Assembly (NCBI GenBank): GCA_025361145.1
Contig: JANYAV010000015.1
Span: forward strand, 38,699-102,698
Source of the DNA: Dehalococcoidia bacterium
Lineage (GTDB): Bacteria > Chloroflexota > Dehalococcoidia > Dehalococcoidales > UBA3254
Reading direction: 5' to 3'
Length of the DNA stretch: 64,000 nucleotides
Translations under genes and position numbers: made by a program
In this document: one piece after another, positions 29,692 to 39,087 of the stretch
Position numbering within the stretch: position 1 is the first letter of the stretch
Layout of the letters: each line of letters opens with the position of its first letter
Notes under the pieces: model-generated
The model's input: the letters and a program-made list of their open reading frames with translations, nothing else
The model's database searches: none
What the model was told of the DNA's origin: nothing

Positions 29692-30621
29692 TTGATGAAT
29701 CTATCCGTCCAACTGGCCCCTAAAAATTCCCGTGGTCTGCTGCTGGCTAATCCGGTCATGACCGCTTCCGGGACCTTTGGCTACGGTACAGAGTACGATC
29801 ATTTATTTGATATCCAGGGTCTGGGCGCTATTGTCTGCAAAGGCACTACTCTGGAACCGCGCGCGGGTAATCCTTTACCCAGAATTGCCGAATGCCCCGG
29901 AGGGATTTTAAACGCCATCGGTCTGCAAAACATCGGTGTAGAAGCCCTGATTAAAGAAAAGGCCCCAATTTGGGCGGGCTGGCAGGTTCCGGTGATCGTT
30001 AACGTCGCGGGTAATACTGTTGATCAATATGCTCTAATGGCCGCTAAACTGGATCAGGTGCCGGGTATCAGCGGTTTAGAAGTGAACATCAGCTGCCCCA
30101 ACGTGAAATGCGGTGGGGTGGAATTCGGTACCACAGCAGTCAGCGCCGCTCAGGTGACAGCCGCCGTTCGTAAAGCCACCTCTTTACCTGTCTGGGTAAA
30201 ATTAACACCCAATACAGCTGATGTGGTTGGCATCGCCCGGGCTGTGGTTGAATCTGGCGCGGATGCTCTGGTACTGATTAATACCTTAAAAGGTCTGGTC
30301 ATAGACATTAAAACCCGCCGGCCTGTACTGGGTAATATCACGGGCGGGCTTTCCGGGCCTGCCCTTAAACCCGTGGCCCTGCGAATTGTCTACGAAGTAG
30401 CTGCCAGTCTGCCGGGTGTCCCCTTGATCGGGTCCGGCGGAATCCTGACTGCTGAAGATGCGATAGAGTTCTTTATCGCCGGAGCCACTGCCGTTCAGAT
30501 AGGCACCGCCAACCTGATCGATCCCGCTGCTCCAGCCAGAATAATATCTGGTATCAGCGATTATCTGTCAACGCAGGTTTTTGGCGATATACGCGAGCTG
30601 ATCGGCTCCTTGAAAAAATAG
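29692..30621 (+). CDS. pyrD: Dihydroorotate dehydrogenase, class 1B catalytic subunit
   Basis: NPVMTASGTFGYG...NISCPN...GGI. Confidence 0.92.
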   Translation: MMNLSVQLAPKNSRGLLLANPVMTASGTFGYGTEYDHLFDIQGLGAIVCKGTTLEPRAGNPLPRIAECPGGILNAIGLQNIGVEALIKEKAPIWAGWQVPVIVNVAGNTVDQYALMAAKLDQVPGISGLEVNISCPNVKCGGVEFGTTAVSAAQVTAAVRKATSLPVWVKLTPNTADVVGIARAVVESGADALVLINTLKGLVIDIKTRRPVLGNITGGLSGPALKPVALRIVYEVAASLPGVPLIGSGGILTAEDAIEFFIAGATAVQIGTANLIDPAAPARIISGISDYLSTQVFGDIRELIGSLKK

Positions 30622-30874
30622 GTAGCCGTTCTGCCTCATACATTCTTCGTGGTTGGTTAATACTTCTAATTTGAGGGGTACACTTCTAGGGTTTTTTATG
30701 GCGTTTGAAAGCCAGTATCGCGATTATGATACCAGCCATCACCAACGGAATAATCAGTCTGAAAATAATATTTATCCAGAACTTATCCACTATCTGCTTC
30801 CTGCCTGTTAATCCTCTCTCCAAATATTATGATATACCTCGGCAAGAAGGGGCACAATCGCAATCGAAACAAAT

Positions 30875-30903
30875 AAAAAGGCCGGCTATGTACAGCCGGC
30901 CTT
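30875..30903 (-). terminator. Intrinsic terminator after the zinc-ribbon gene
   Basis: On the minus strand: AAGGCCGGCTgtacatAGCCGGCCTTttt. Confidence 0.7.
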
Positions 30904-30925
30904 GATTGTAATTTATTAAATAAGA

Positions 30926-31222
30926 CTATTTACGCTTGTCGAAGCAGTCCCTGCAATAGACGGGTTTATCACCGCGTGGTTGGAAAGGAACTTCAGTGTC
31001 TTTGCCGCATTGAGCGCAGACTGCTGCGAACATCTGGCGGGGACCTCGGCTCATACCACCGCCGCCACCAGTGCCCTCCGATCTGCGGGTTTGTCGGCAG
31101 GCCTGGCAGCGCTTAGGTTCATTAGTGTAACCTCTCGTTGCAAAAAATTCCTGCTCTTCAACAGTGAAGGCGAAAGATTTGCCGCAGTCAGAACATACCA
31201 ATGTTTTTTCCTCGAGTGCCAT
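30926..31222 (-). CDS. CxxC...CxxC double zinc-ribbon protein (paralog 1)
   Basis: LVCSDCGKSFAFTVEEQEFF...CQAC...CAQCGKDTEVPFQPRGDKPVYCRDC. Paralog of 57171..57464. Confidence 0.8.
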   Translation of the reverse strand: MALEEKTLVCSDCGKSFAFTVEEQEFFATRGYTNEPKRCQACRQTRRSEGTGGGGGMSRGPRQMFAAVCAQCGKDTEVPFQPRGDKPVYCRDCFDKRK

Positions 31223-31223
31223 T

Positions 31224-31268
31224 TGGATGACCTCCTAAAACTTTTTCGGGTTCACGGCGGGTCATCCA
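31224..31268 (-). promoter_or_regulatory. SD-sequestering hairpin in the 5' leader of zinc-ribbon paralog 1
   Basis: mRNA: TGGATGACC-27 nt-GGTCATCCAaATG. The 3' arm starts inside aGGAGGT. Confidence 0.5.
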
Positions 31269-31331
31269 TTGCTCGGAGGATTTATGATATCAAACCAAGT
31301 AGGGACAACCTGACCAGAAACCTCTGGCTAC

Positions 31332-31360
31332 ATACTAAAACAACAAAAATAATTTTGCAA
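31332..31360 (-). promoter_or_regulatory. Candidate sigma70-type promoter TTGCAA-17-TAGTAT
   Basis: Read on the minus strand; about 100 nt upstream of the zinc-ribbon ATG. Confidence 0.45.
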
Positions 31361-31363
31361 ATG

Positions 31364-31942
31364 TCACGAATTGGTAATAAATCGGCAGCCTTCCTGATAT
31401 GCTTTTTGCAATGTTTCGGGTTTGTGCAAAATAGCGTCTTTAGCATCAATTTCCGGAATCAGGAGATCGCCGGAATAATTAATATCCAGTGTTTTGAAGA
31501 GGGATTTAATAGTCACCAGTTCAGCCTCAAAAAGGGTGGGAAGGTTATGCCGTCCGCCGACAGAAATAAAAAAACCTTTGCGCATTCTGGCGTCACCCAG
31601 GGGCGGGATTTTTAACACATATTTGCGTACCCATAAAGCCTGGCAGCGGTCTATAAGGGCCTTTAATTGGGCAGAGACACTCATGAATTGCAGGGGAGAG
31701 GCTATTACAAGGCGGTCGGCTGCTTCCATCTCCTTGTATACCATCTGCATATCATCCTGTACTATACACTGCCCTTTTACCAGACAACCATCGCAGTTCC
31801 GGCACCCCTCTATTTTCAGAGAGCAGACCACCAGGGTTTTCGCTTCTGCTCCGGCATACACCGCGCCTTTTATGAATTGCTCAAGCAATGAGTCGGTGTT
31901 GCCGCCGCGGCGGGGGCTTCCGGCGATAGCCAGTAGTCTCAT
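31364..31942 (-). CDS. Iron-sulfur flavoprotein / NADPH-dependent FMN reductase family
   Basis: LLAIAGSPRRGGNT and CRNCDGC. Confidence 0.8.
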   Translation of the reverse strand: MRLLAIAGSPRRGGNTDSLLEQFIKGAVYAGAEAKTLVVCSLKIEGCRNCDGCLVKGQCIVQDDMQMVYKEMEAADRLVIASPLQFMSVSAQLKALIDRCQALWVRKYVLKIPPLGDARMRKGFFISVGGRHNLPTLFEAELVTIKSLFKTLDINYSGDLLIPEIDAKDAILHKPETLQKAYQEGCRFITNS

Positions 31943-32424
31943 AATATCTCCCCCTCAAGCAAAGCCATGATAATCTTTTCTCTGTTGGTCATGGCTGGTT
32001 CCATATCTACTTTTTCATGATCATAACCTAATATGTGCAGGACGCCATGAACAATTAACTCCGCCAGCTCTTTTTTTACTGAATGACCGCCTTCGACGGC
32101 CTGGATCTCCGCCTGGGGATAGGATATTATTATCTCACCCAGATGCAGTAATCCGTCCGGTGCACCGATAAAGGCTTCAGCTTCTCCCTCCTTGTTTTCC
32201 TGGAGGGCAAAAGACAGCACGTCAGTGGGCTGGTCCTTGCCGCGGTAATCGCGGTTTAGTGTCTGTATTTGCTCTTGTCCGGTGATCACCAGGCTGATCT
32301 CGATGGTACTCGGCACGTTTTCCGCCAGCAGGGTTTTTTCCATGATAGCTTGCAGCCAGTCAGCTCCGGCTTCCACCATAAGTTCTTCTTCAATTAAAAC
32401 GTTAATTTCCATCTCTGTACTCAC
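31939..32424 (-). CDS. ybeY: rRNA maturation endoribonuclease YbeY
   Basis: HGVLHILGYDH zinc motif. Confidence 0.9.
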   Translation of the reverse strand: MSTEMEINVLIEEELMVEAGADWLQAIMEKTLLAENVPSTIEISLVITGQEQIQTLNRDYRGKDQPTDVLSFALQENKEGEAEAFIGAPDGLLHLGEIIISYPQAEIQAVEGGHSVKKELAELIVHGVLHILGYDHEKVDMEPAMTNREKIIMALLEGEIL

Positions 32425-32683
32425 ATTAATTTATTTTTAGGGAATCAGATTCTAATTTCACCAGGCTATCTTGTAAGCGTTCAGACCTGATCTCAGATTA
32501 ACAGCCAATTCACCTCCATTATATAACCGTTTAGCCACCATAACAAAGCCCCCGGAATAGACAACTCAGCGCCCCCGGTTTACTTAGATTACCTTTCTTT
32601 CTAGGCTATAATATAAAAATTTATTACTTATAACTTAGAAGTGGTAGAATTTATTAGATTAATTATATCAATGGAGGCAGAAA

Positions 32684-33175
32684 ATGCCATCTTTAGATGT
32701 AGTAAGCACAGTAGACCTTCAATCTTTGGCTAACGCTGTCAATAATACCAAACGTGAAATCGCCACCCGCTACGATTTCCGGGGTGTTAAGACTGAAATC
32801 GATCTCGACCAAAAGGAAAAGAGCATTCATGTTGTCAGTGGAGATGAATGGAAAGTTACGACGGTCAAAGACATGTTGGTCAGTCAATGCATAAGGCAGA
32901 AAGTAGATCCCAAGAGTCTGGAGGTAGGTAAAATTGATACCGTTTCTACCTCTATCGCTAAATTGGATATCAAGGTTAACGAAGGCATTTCCAAGGAGAT
33001 AGGCCAGAAAATAGTTAAATACATCAAAGGTCTCAAGGTCAAGCTACAGCCGGCAATTCTAGATAATAAGATCAGGATTACCGGTAAACAGATCGATGAC
33101 CTTCAAGAAATTATGCGGTTGCTTAATGAACAGGACTGGGGTGTTCCTCTTCAGTTCGTTAACATGAAGAGCTAA
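32684..33175 (+). CDS. yajQ: YajQ-family nucleotide-binding protein (UPF0234)
   Basis: MPSLDVVS...EIATRYDFRG, 163 aa. Confidence 0.9.
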   Translation: MPSLDVVSTVDLQSLANAVNNTKREIATRYDFRGVKTEIDLDQKEKSIHVVSGDEWKVTTVKDMLVSQCIRQKVDPKSLEVGKIDTVSTSIAKLDIKVNEGISKEIGQKIVKYIKGLKVKLQPAILDNKIRITGKQIDDLQEIMRLLNEQDWGVPLQFVNMKS

Positions 33176-33196
33176 CCAATTTCCGGCTAAATTAGA

Positions 33197-33240
33197 TAAA
33201 AAATAGCCCGTTGTAAGGACAATACACGGGCTGTTTTTAT
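33197..33240. terminator. Bidirectional intrinsic terminator between yajQ and the SDR gene
   Basis: aaaaaatAGCCCGTtgtaaggacaatacACGGGCTgttttt. Confidence 0.7.
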
Positions 33241-33255
33241 TAGCGGTTATTTTTA

Positions 33256-34023
33256 TCACTTATTTATTTTGTTAAACGTCTGGTAGAAATCAGCCCTGGA
33301 GCCCTCCACCAACCCCTGGGCCTCTCCAACTGGAATTTCATACTGGTCGCTGGCTAGGGCAGGCAAGACCGCCGCAGCCAGTTCATGCGGAGGCATACGT
33401 TTGGCAAGGGTATTTCCGGGGGCCACGGGTTTAAGCAGGTCTGTATCTACAGTAGGCGGGATTATTTCAAAGACTTTAATGGAACTATCCTTTAGTTGAT
33501 GTCTAAGGGACACCGTAAAGGAATGGACCGCTGCTTTAGAAGCACTATAAACAGGCTTGACCGCCAGAGGAATGAAAGCCAGACCAGAGGAAACGTTGAT
33601 TATGGCCGATTCCTTTTTCTCCAGCAAGAAAGGAATAAAATAGGCGGATAGTCGGACCAAAGCAACCAAGTTGGTCTGTATCTCATCTTCACCACCCAAC
33701 ATGTCTTGAACCCCTCCCTTTAAGCGCATTGTCCGCTGGGCCCCGGCATTATTGATCAAAATATTAAGCTCGCCAAAATTACTCTTAACCCATTCCAACA
33801 GGGCTGCGCGTTCTTTTTCATCCGTTATGTCACAAACCTTGGTTTCCACCCCAGGCAACCTGGCCTTAGCTTCGGCTAGTTTAGCTGGCCGTCTTCCGCA
33901 GATGATCACCTTATTTCCGGCTTTTGTCAGTGCTTCAGCTAGCGCGAAACCGATGCCGGTTGCGCCGCCGGTAATCAGGATAGTATTGTCTTTAATTTTC
34001 ATTTTTCCCTCACTCGCTTCCAT
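33256..34023 (-). CDS. SDR-family oxidoreductase
   Basis: ITGGATGIGFA Rossmann motif and YSASKAAV catalytic motif. Confidence 0.85.
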   Translation of the reverse strand: MEASEGKMKIKDNTILITGGATGIGFALAEALTKAGNKVIICGRRPAKLAEAKARLPGVETKVCDITDEKERAALLEWVKSNFGELNILINNAGAQRTMRLKGGVQDMLGGEDEIQTNLVALVRLSAYFIPFLLEKKESAIINVSSGLAFIPLAVKPVYSASKAAVHSFTVSLRHQLKDSSIKVFEIIPPTVDTDLLKPVAPGNTLAKRMPPHELAAAVLPALASDQYEIPVGEAQGLVEGSRADFYQTFNKINK

Positions 34024-34122
34024 TATAATTCTCTGAAATCAAAAATGTCATTCCCTTTCTGTTTTTTAAACAATTATCTTTTCTGTTATAATAAGCGGCA
34101 ATGTTACAGGAAGAAGTGATCT

Positions 34123-35313
34123 TTGGCTGATCCTCCGAAAACCCAAGAAAAATCCCCCATTCCAAAATATTTTATTTTCGCCCGCAGCTACTTCGGGGAA
34201 GATTTGCTGGATGATTTTCTGGTGGCGGCCGTGGCTTCTGTGCTCTTATTGCGCCTCTATCTCTTTTTGACGGGGTTTCCGCAAGTGAGTTTTGGCAGTC
34301 TCCATATTGCTCATATGCTCTGGGGCGGATTGTTGATGTTGGTCGCTATTTTTATGTCTTTGGGCTTTCTAAGCCGCCCTGCCCACGAATGGGCGGCTGT
34401 ATTGGGAGGAATTGGTTTTGGCGCTTTTATCGATGAATTGGGCAAGTTTTTAACTCACGATAATAATTATTTCTTCCAGCCTACCATCGCCATTATCTAT
34501 GTCCTTTTTGTCTTGATTTATATCTTGATCCGCACCACTTTTAACGGGCGACCTCTTAGCCGGCCTGAAAGGTTAGCCAATGCCTTTGAAATAATGCAGC
34601 AGGGCAGCCTGAATGGTTTGAACGAAGCAGAAGAGCAAGTAATCTTGCGTATGCTGGAGCAGAGCGATCAAGATGACCCACTGGTCGGGCATCTCCGCGA
34701 GATGCTGCCCCACATCAGGATCGTAGCCTCACGCCGACAGAATTGGATGAACCGCTTTAAAGACCGTTTGGACGATATATATCAAACGGTAACTACCCGC
34801 TGGTGGTTCGCCGGAGTGGTGATCGGCTTTTTCATTTTTACGGCCATTACCGGCTTTTCTGCCGCCCTGGGAGCAATTGCCAAACCCTGGTCTTTTATTC
34901 TTGTAGCAGCCGCTCTGGTAATTATCCTTCTGGGTTTGATCCAGGTCTGGAAAGGCAGGCGGCCTACCCTTCAGATTCTGCTTTCGGCCAGTATTATCGC
35001 TATTACGCTGCTAATCATCTGGGTCGCCCTGGCCAACCGTCAGAAGTTTGACCTTCCCTTTGCCGATTGGGCGCTTTTCGTCTGTTCCAGCCTGTCAGCG
35101 GTTTTGATCGTCACCGGTATCGTCCTGATGGGTTGGTCACGCCTTTCCGCCTATGAAATGTTCCATCGCGCTATTTTGGTTGCTCTGTTACTGACCTCGT
35201 TTTTTGCTTTTTACTCCTATCAATTTTTTGCTTTGATAGGAGTTTTTCTGAACACCCTGATACTTTTTGCCTTGCGCTATATGATCACCCGGGAAAAACT
35301 TAAAAGAGCTTAA
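34123..35313 (+). CDS. Polytopic membrane protein, function unknown
   Basis: 396 aa with multiple TM segments. No motif I recognise. TTG start. Confidence 0.55.
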   Translation: MADPPKTQEKSPIPKYFIFARSYFGEDLLDDFLVAAVASVLLLRLYLFLTGFPQVSFGSLHIAHMLWGGLLMLVAIFMSLGFLSRPAHEWAAVLGGIGFGAFIDELGKFLTHDNNYFFQPTIAIIYVLFVLIYILIRTTFNGRPLSRPERLANAFEIMQQGSLNGLNEAEEQVILRMLEQSDQDDPLVGHLREMLPHIRIVASRRQNWMNRFKDRLDDIYQTVTTRWWFAGVVIGFFIFTAITGFSAALGAIAKPWSFILVAAALVIILLGLIQVWKGRRPTLQILLSASIIAITLLIIWVALANRQKFDLPFADWALFVCSSLSAVLIVTGIVLMGWSRLSAYEMFHRAILVALLLTSFFAFYSYQFFALIGVFLNTLILFALRYMITREKLKRA

Positions 35314-36416
35314 TCTCCCAGTAATTCAGATAGGATCGTATTAGAAACCAGGGCGTCCTCCGGTTTTAACCGGTAAATAAAACCATCCCGCAGCAGCCGT
35401 CCTTTCATACTCAATTGGTTCAATCTGGCCGCTAAAGCCATAATGTTATTTTCCCCATATTTTTGAATTAACCCGCTCAAATCCACTCCCTCTTGCAGTA
35501 AGCGCAATCTCAAAATGGCTTCCTCAGCGGCTTTTTCCGGCTTTCTGAGCTTTTCCACTTCATCTTTTTGGCCGCAGGGATCAGCTAAATAGGCATCCAG
35601 GTCAGGCTTGTTCTTGTAGCGGCAGCCCTTGTAGTGAGAAGCGGCCGCAGGTCCGAGTCCCAGGTATTCTCCGCCGTGCCAGTAGTTTAAATTATGCTGG
35701 CATTCGTAACCGGGCAAGCAGAAGTTGGAAATCTCGTATTGCTTGAAACCTCTTTGTCCCAGCAATTCAACAGCCTGCCAATATAGATCAGCTTGCTCAT
35801 CGTCGCAGGGTAAATCACCGGGAAGATTGGCAGCCAGGGGGGTGTGCGGCTCCACCGCCAGGCAATACATGGAAAGGTGCTGTAGTCCCCAGCCTGTCAG
35901 GCATTCCAGTGTAGTCATCAGCGATTGCCAGTTTTGGCCTGGCAGACCCAGAATAACATCGGCCGAGATGTTACGGAAGCCCTCTTTTTGGGCCAGGTCT
36001 ATCGCTTGGACAGCTTGACAGGCATTATGCGCTCGTCCGACTTTTTGCAGTTCAGTATCAGACAGGGATTGGACGCCGATGGAGAGTCGCTTTATCCCCT
36101 GCTTTAAAGCGCTCTGTAAAAAATCCTGGGAAATTGATTCGGGATTAGCTTCGATGGTGGCTTCGACCAGTTTTGGTATCCGGAATATGCCTGTCAGGCC
36201 CGTCATCAGGTCGTTCAGGCCGTTAACCCCCACCAGGCTGGGAGTGCCGCCCCCGATATAAAGCGTTTCAAAACGCAATTGGTCGTATTGAGCAGCTTCT
36301 TGCAGGACAGCCTCTATATAAGCCTTTAGCGAATTTAAACGGTTCGGCAGAGAATAAAAATCGCAATACGAGCACTTTTGAACACAGAAGGGGATATGGA
36401 CGTAAAGTCCCCGCAT
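35310..36416 (-). CDS. hemW: Radical SAM heme chaperone HemW (HemN-like)
   Basis: YVHIPFCVQKCSYCDF. Confidence 0.88.
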   Translation of the reverse strand: MRGLYVHIPFCVQKCSYCDFYSLPNRLNSLKAYIEAVLQEAAQYDQLRFETLYIGGGTPSLVGVNGLNDLMTGLTGIFRIPKLVEATIEANPESISQDFLQSALKQGIKRLSIGVQSLSDTELQKVGRAHNACQAVQAIDLAQKEGFRNISADVILGLPGQNWQSLMTTLECLTGWGLQHLSMYCLAVEPHTPLAANLPGDLPCDDEQADLYWQAVELLGQRGFKQYEISNFCLPGYECQHNLNYWHGGEYLGLGPAAASHYKGCRYKNKPDLDAYLADPCGQKDEVEKLRKPEKAAEEAILRLRLLQEGVDLSGLIQKYGENNIMALAARLNQLSMKGRLLRDGFIYRLKPEDALVSNTILSELLGD

Positions 36417-38240
36417 TTATTCCTCGTCTTCCATTTTGAGCAGGAGTAAGAATGCTTCCTGAGGTACCTCAACTGAACCCACCATCTTCATGCGTTTCTT
36501 GCCCTCTTTCTGCTTTTCCAGTAGCTTCCGTTTACGGGAGATATCGCCGCCGTAGCATTTGGCGATAACATCTTTCCGGACCGGTGCGATGTCCTCGCGA
36601 GCGATGATCTTGCCCCCGATGGCAGCCTGCAGCGGGATAGAGAAGAGATGGCGGGGTATGAGTTTGCGCAGTTTATGAATCAAGCCGCGGGCTTTGGTCA
36701 CCGCGCTGTCTTTATCTGAAATATAGGAGAGGGCATCCACCTGGTTTTCTTTTACCAGAATGTCCACTTTGACCAGCGGCCCGGTTTTGTAACCGGTGAA
36801 CTCATAGTCCATGCTGGCATAACCCCGGCTGACGCTTTTCAACCGGTCGTAATACCCGGTGATGATCTCCGCCAGGGGAAATTCATAAGTTAAAAGCGCG
36901 CGGCGGGTATCGGGATGTTCCATATTCTTCAGCGAGCCGCGGTTCTTCTCTGAAAGTTCCATCACTGAACCGATATAGTCGTTAGGAACGAAAATGCGGG
37001 CCTCTACCATCGGCTCTTCGATGTGTTCGATGAAGTTGGGTTCCGGGAAACGGGAGGGGTTATCGATAAACAGTTCCTCAATCTTTTCGCCCCTGCGGGT
37101 GATGACCTTGTAGATCACGGAGGGCATGGTGGCGATCAGGTCCTGGCCGTATTCCCTCTTGAGCCGCTCAATAGTGATATCCATGTGCAGCATACCCAGA
37201 AAGCCCAGCCTGTAGCCGTGTCCCAGGGCAGCCGAGGTTTCCTTTTCATAGACGATGGATGAATCGTTTAATATGTACTTCTCAAGCGCCATCGTCAATT
37301 TAGGATAATCATTGGTAGAGATGGGGTAAATACCGCAAAAAACCATGGGCAACACTTTCCTGAAGCCCGGCACGGCCGGGGTATCCGGGAAATCAGGTGA
37401 GATGATGGTATCGCCTACGTGAATATCGCCCACCTCACGTATAATGGCCCCCAGGTAGCCCACTTCACCAGCCGTCAGTCGCGCGCTGGGCAGGATCTCC
37501 GGGGTGAAATAACCTACTTCGTCCACCTCAAAGGTTTTGCCCGTGGATTTGAGCATGATTTTGACGCCCTTAGTCAGGGTGCCGGAAAAGACGCGGACAT
37601 GGGGGATAATGCCGCGGTAGGAATCATAATATGAATCAAAAACCAGACAGCGCAGCGGCGCGCTTTCATCAGTTTGCGGAGGCGGGACCCGTTCAACCAC
37701 ACGTTCCAGGAGTTCAGGGACTCCCTGGCCTGACTTGCCTGAGACCAGCAGGGCGTCCTCGCCGGAAAGTCCTAACATATCGCTTATCTGCTTGCGGCAT
37801 TCATCCACCATCGCATTGGGCAGGTCGATTTTGTTAATAACCGGAATAATTTCCAGGCCGGCGTCAATGGCCAGATAGGCGTTGGCGATGGTCTGGGCCT
37901 CTACGCCCTGGGTGGCATCCACCAGCAGGACCGCCCCTTCACAGGCCTTCAGACTGCGGGAAACCTCGTAGTTAAAATCCACATGGCCGGGGGTGTCAAT
38001 GAGATTCAGGATAAAATCCCGGCCGTTTTTAGATTTGTAAGGAATGCGCACCGACTTGGCTTTAATAGTGATGCCTCGTTCGCGTTCCAGGTCCATGCTG
38101 TCCAGCACCTGTTTATTGTCTGTAGTATGCAGCACTCCGGTTAACTCCAGGATGCGGTCAGCCAGAGTGGACTTGCCGTGATCGATGTGGGCGATAATGC
38201 AAAAGTTACGAATGTTGTTCATCTCTTGTGATATTAACAT
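36417..38240 (-). CDS. lepA: Elongation factor 4
   Basis: IIAHIDHGKSTLADR, DTPGHVDF, LepA C-terminal domain. Confidence 0.97.
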   Translation of the reverse strand: MLISQEMNNIRNFCIIAHIDHGKSTLADRILELTGVLHTTDNKQVLDSMDLERERGITIKAKSVRIPYKSKNGRDFILNLIDTPGHVDFNYEVSRSLKACEGAVLLVDATQGVEAQTIANAYLAIDAGLEIIPVINKIDLPNAMVDECRKQISDMLGLSGEDALLVSGKSGQGVPELLERVVERVPPPQTDESAPLRCLVFDSYYDSYRGIIPHVRVFSGTLTKGVKIMLKSTGKTFEVDEVGYFTPEILPSARLTAGEVGYLGAIIREVGDIHVGDTIISPDFPDTPAVPGFRKVLPMVFCGIYPISTNDYPKLTMALEKYILNDSSIVYEKETSAALGHGYRLGFLGMLHMDITIERLKREYGQDLIATMPSVIYKVITRRGEKIEELFIDNPSRFPEPNFIEHIEEPMVEARIFVPNDYIGSVMELSEKNRGSLKNMEHPDTRRALLTYEFPLAEIITGYYDRLKSVSRGYASMDYEFTGYKTGPLVKVDILVKENQVDALSYISDKDSAVTKARGLIHKLRKLIPRHLFSIPLQAAIGGKIIAREDIAPVRKDVIAKCYGGDISRKRKLLEKQKEGKKRMKMVGSVEVPQEAFLLLLKMEDEE

Positions 38241-38273
38241 GGGGTAGTTTTACACGCAAGAAAAGCAGAATCG

Positions 38274-38885
38274 TTATAAGCTGGGTAAGTTGATAATCCC
38301 TATCATGCTCAGCCCTTTCAGGATCATATTGACGGCTATGGCCGCCAGCAGCAGGCTGGCCACTTTGGAAATGGCCTTGATTCCGCCTTTACCCAGAAAA
38401 CGCACAATATAGCGGCTGCCCATGAAAATCAGCCAGACCAGCGCGATATTAATCGTGAAAGAAATCACTACAAAGTAAATCGGGAATTGGGTAGCCAGTA
38501 AAAGCAAAGTTGCTATAGTTGCAGGGCCCGCGGTTAGAGGTGTGCCGATTGGTACTACTGCTACCATTTCCTCTTTGATCATCTCTAGGGCATGCCCGCT
38601 GACCATGTAATTGACTGCCAGGACCAGCAGGATTATGCCACCGCCGATGGCAAATGAACCGACTGAAATACCCATCAAATTTAAGACCCATTGGCCTAAG
38701 AAGAGGAAGGCAAAACCCACAATAGCGGCCGTCAGCACAGCGCTGCGCACCATGCGGTTGCGTTCTGTGTGAGATAATTGCTCGCTCAGAGAAATGACGA
38801 AAGGTAAATTACCCACAGCATCAATAACGATGAAGAGGGGCACAAAGGTTAGTAATATGGACTGCCAGAAGCTATTATTTTCCAT
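38274..38885 (-). CDS. MarC-family membrane protein (UPF0056)
   Basis: 203 aa, 6 TM, FIVIDAVGNLPF N-terminal motif. Confidence 0.8.
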   Translation of the reverse strand: MENNSFWQSILLTFVPLFIVIDAVGNLPFVISLSEQLSHTERNRMVRSAVLTAAIVGFAFLFLGQWVLNLMGISVGSFAIGGGIILLVLAVNYMVSGHALEMIKEEMVAVVPIGTPLTAGPATIATLLLLATQFPIYFVVISFTINIALVWLIFMGSRYIVRFLGKGGIKAISKVASLLLAAIAVNMILKGLSMIGIINLPSL

Positions 38886-39087
38886 AATTTTATTCTAACA
38901 CATCGGCATAGCGGGCGATTATTTCATATTGTATTGAGGTGTTTGAGTTTTTGAAACCTATATGATATACTTATTGCAGTGAAAGTGGGAATTTATGCCC
39001 ACTTTTTTCGTTGTATAAAACCTGCTAAATATAATAAATAATAGAGTCGAAAACCGATTTTACAGGAGCTGGAGGTAAAGTTCAGAA

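Noticed and set aside
32490-32515. cctgatctcagattaac in the ybeY/yajQ divergent spacer as another copy of the CAGGG element
   Set aside because: Only the CTGAtcTCAG mini-palindrome is shared. There is no G-tract or heptad array, and it does not follow a stop codon.
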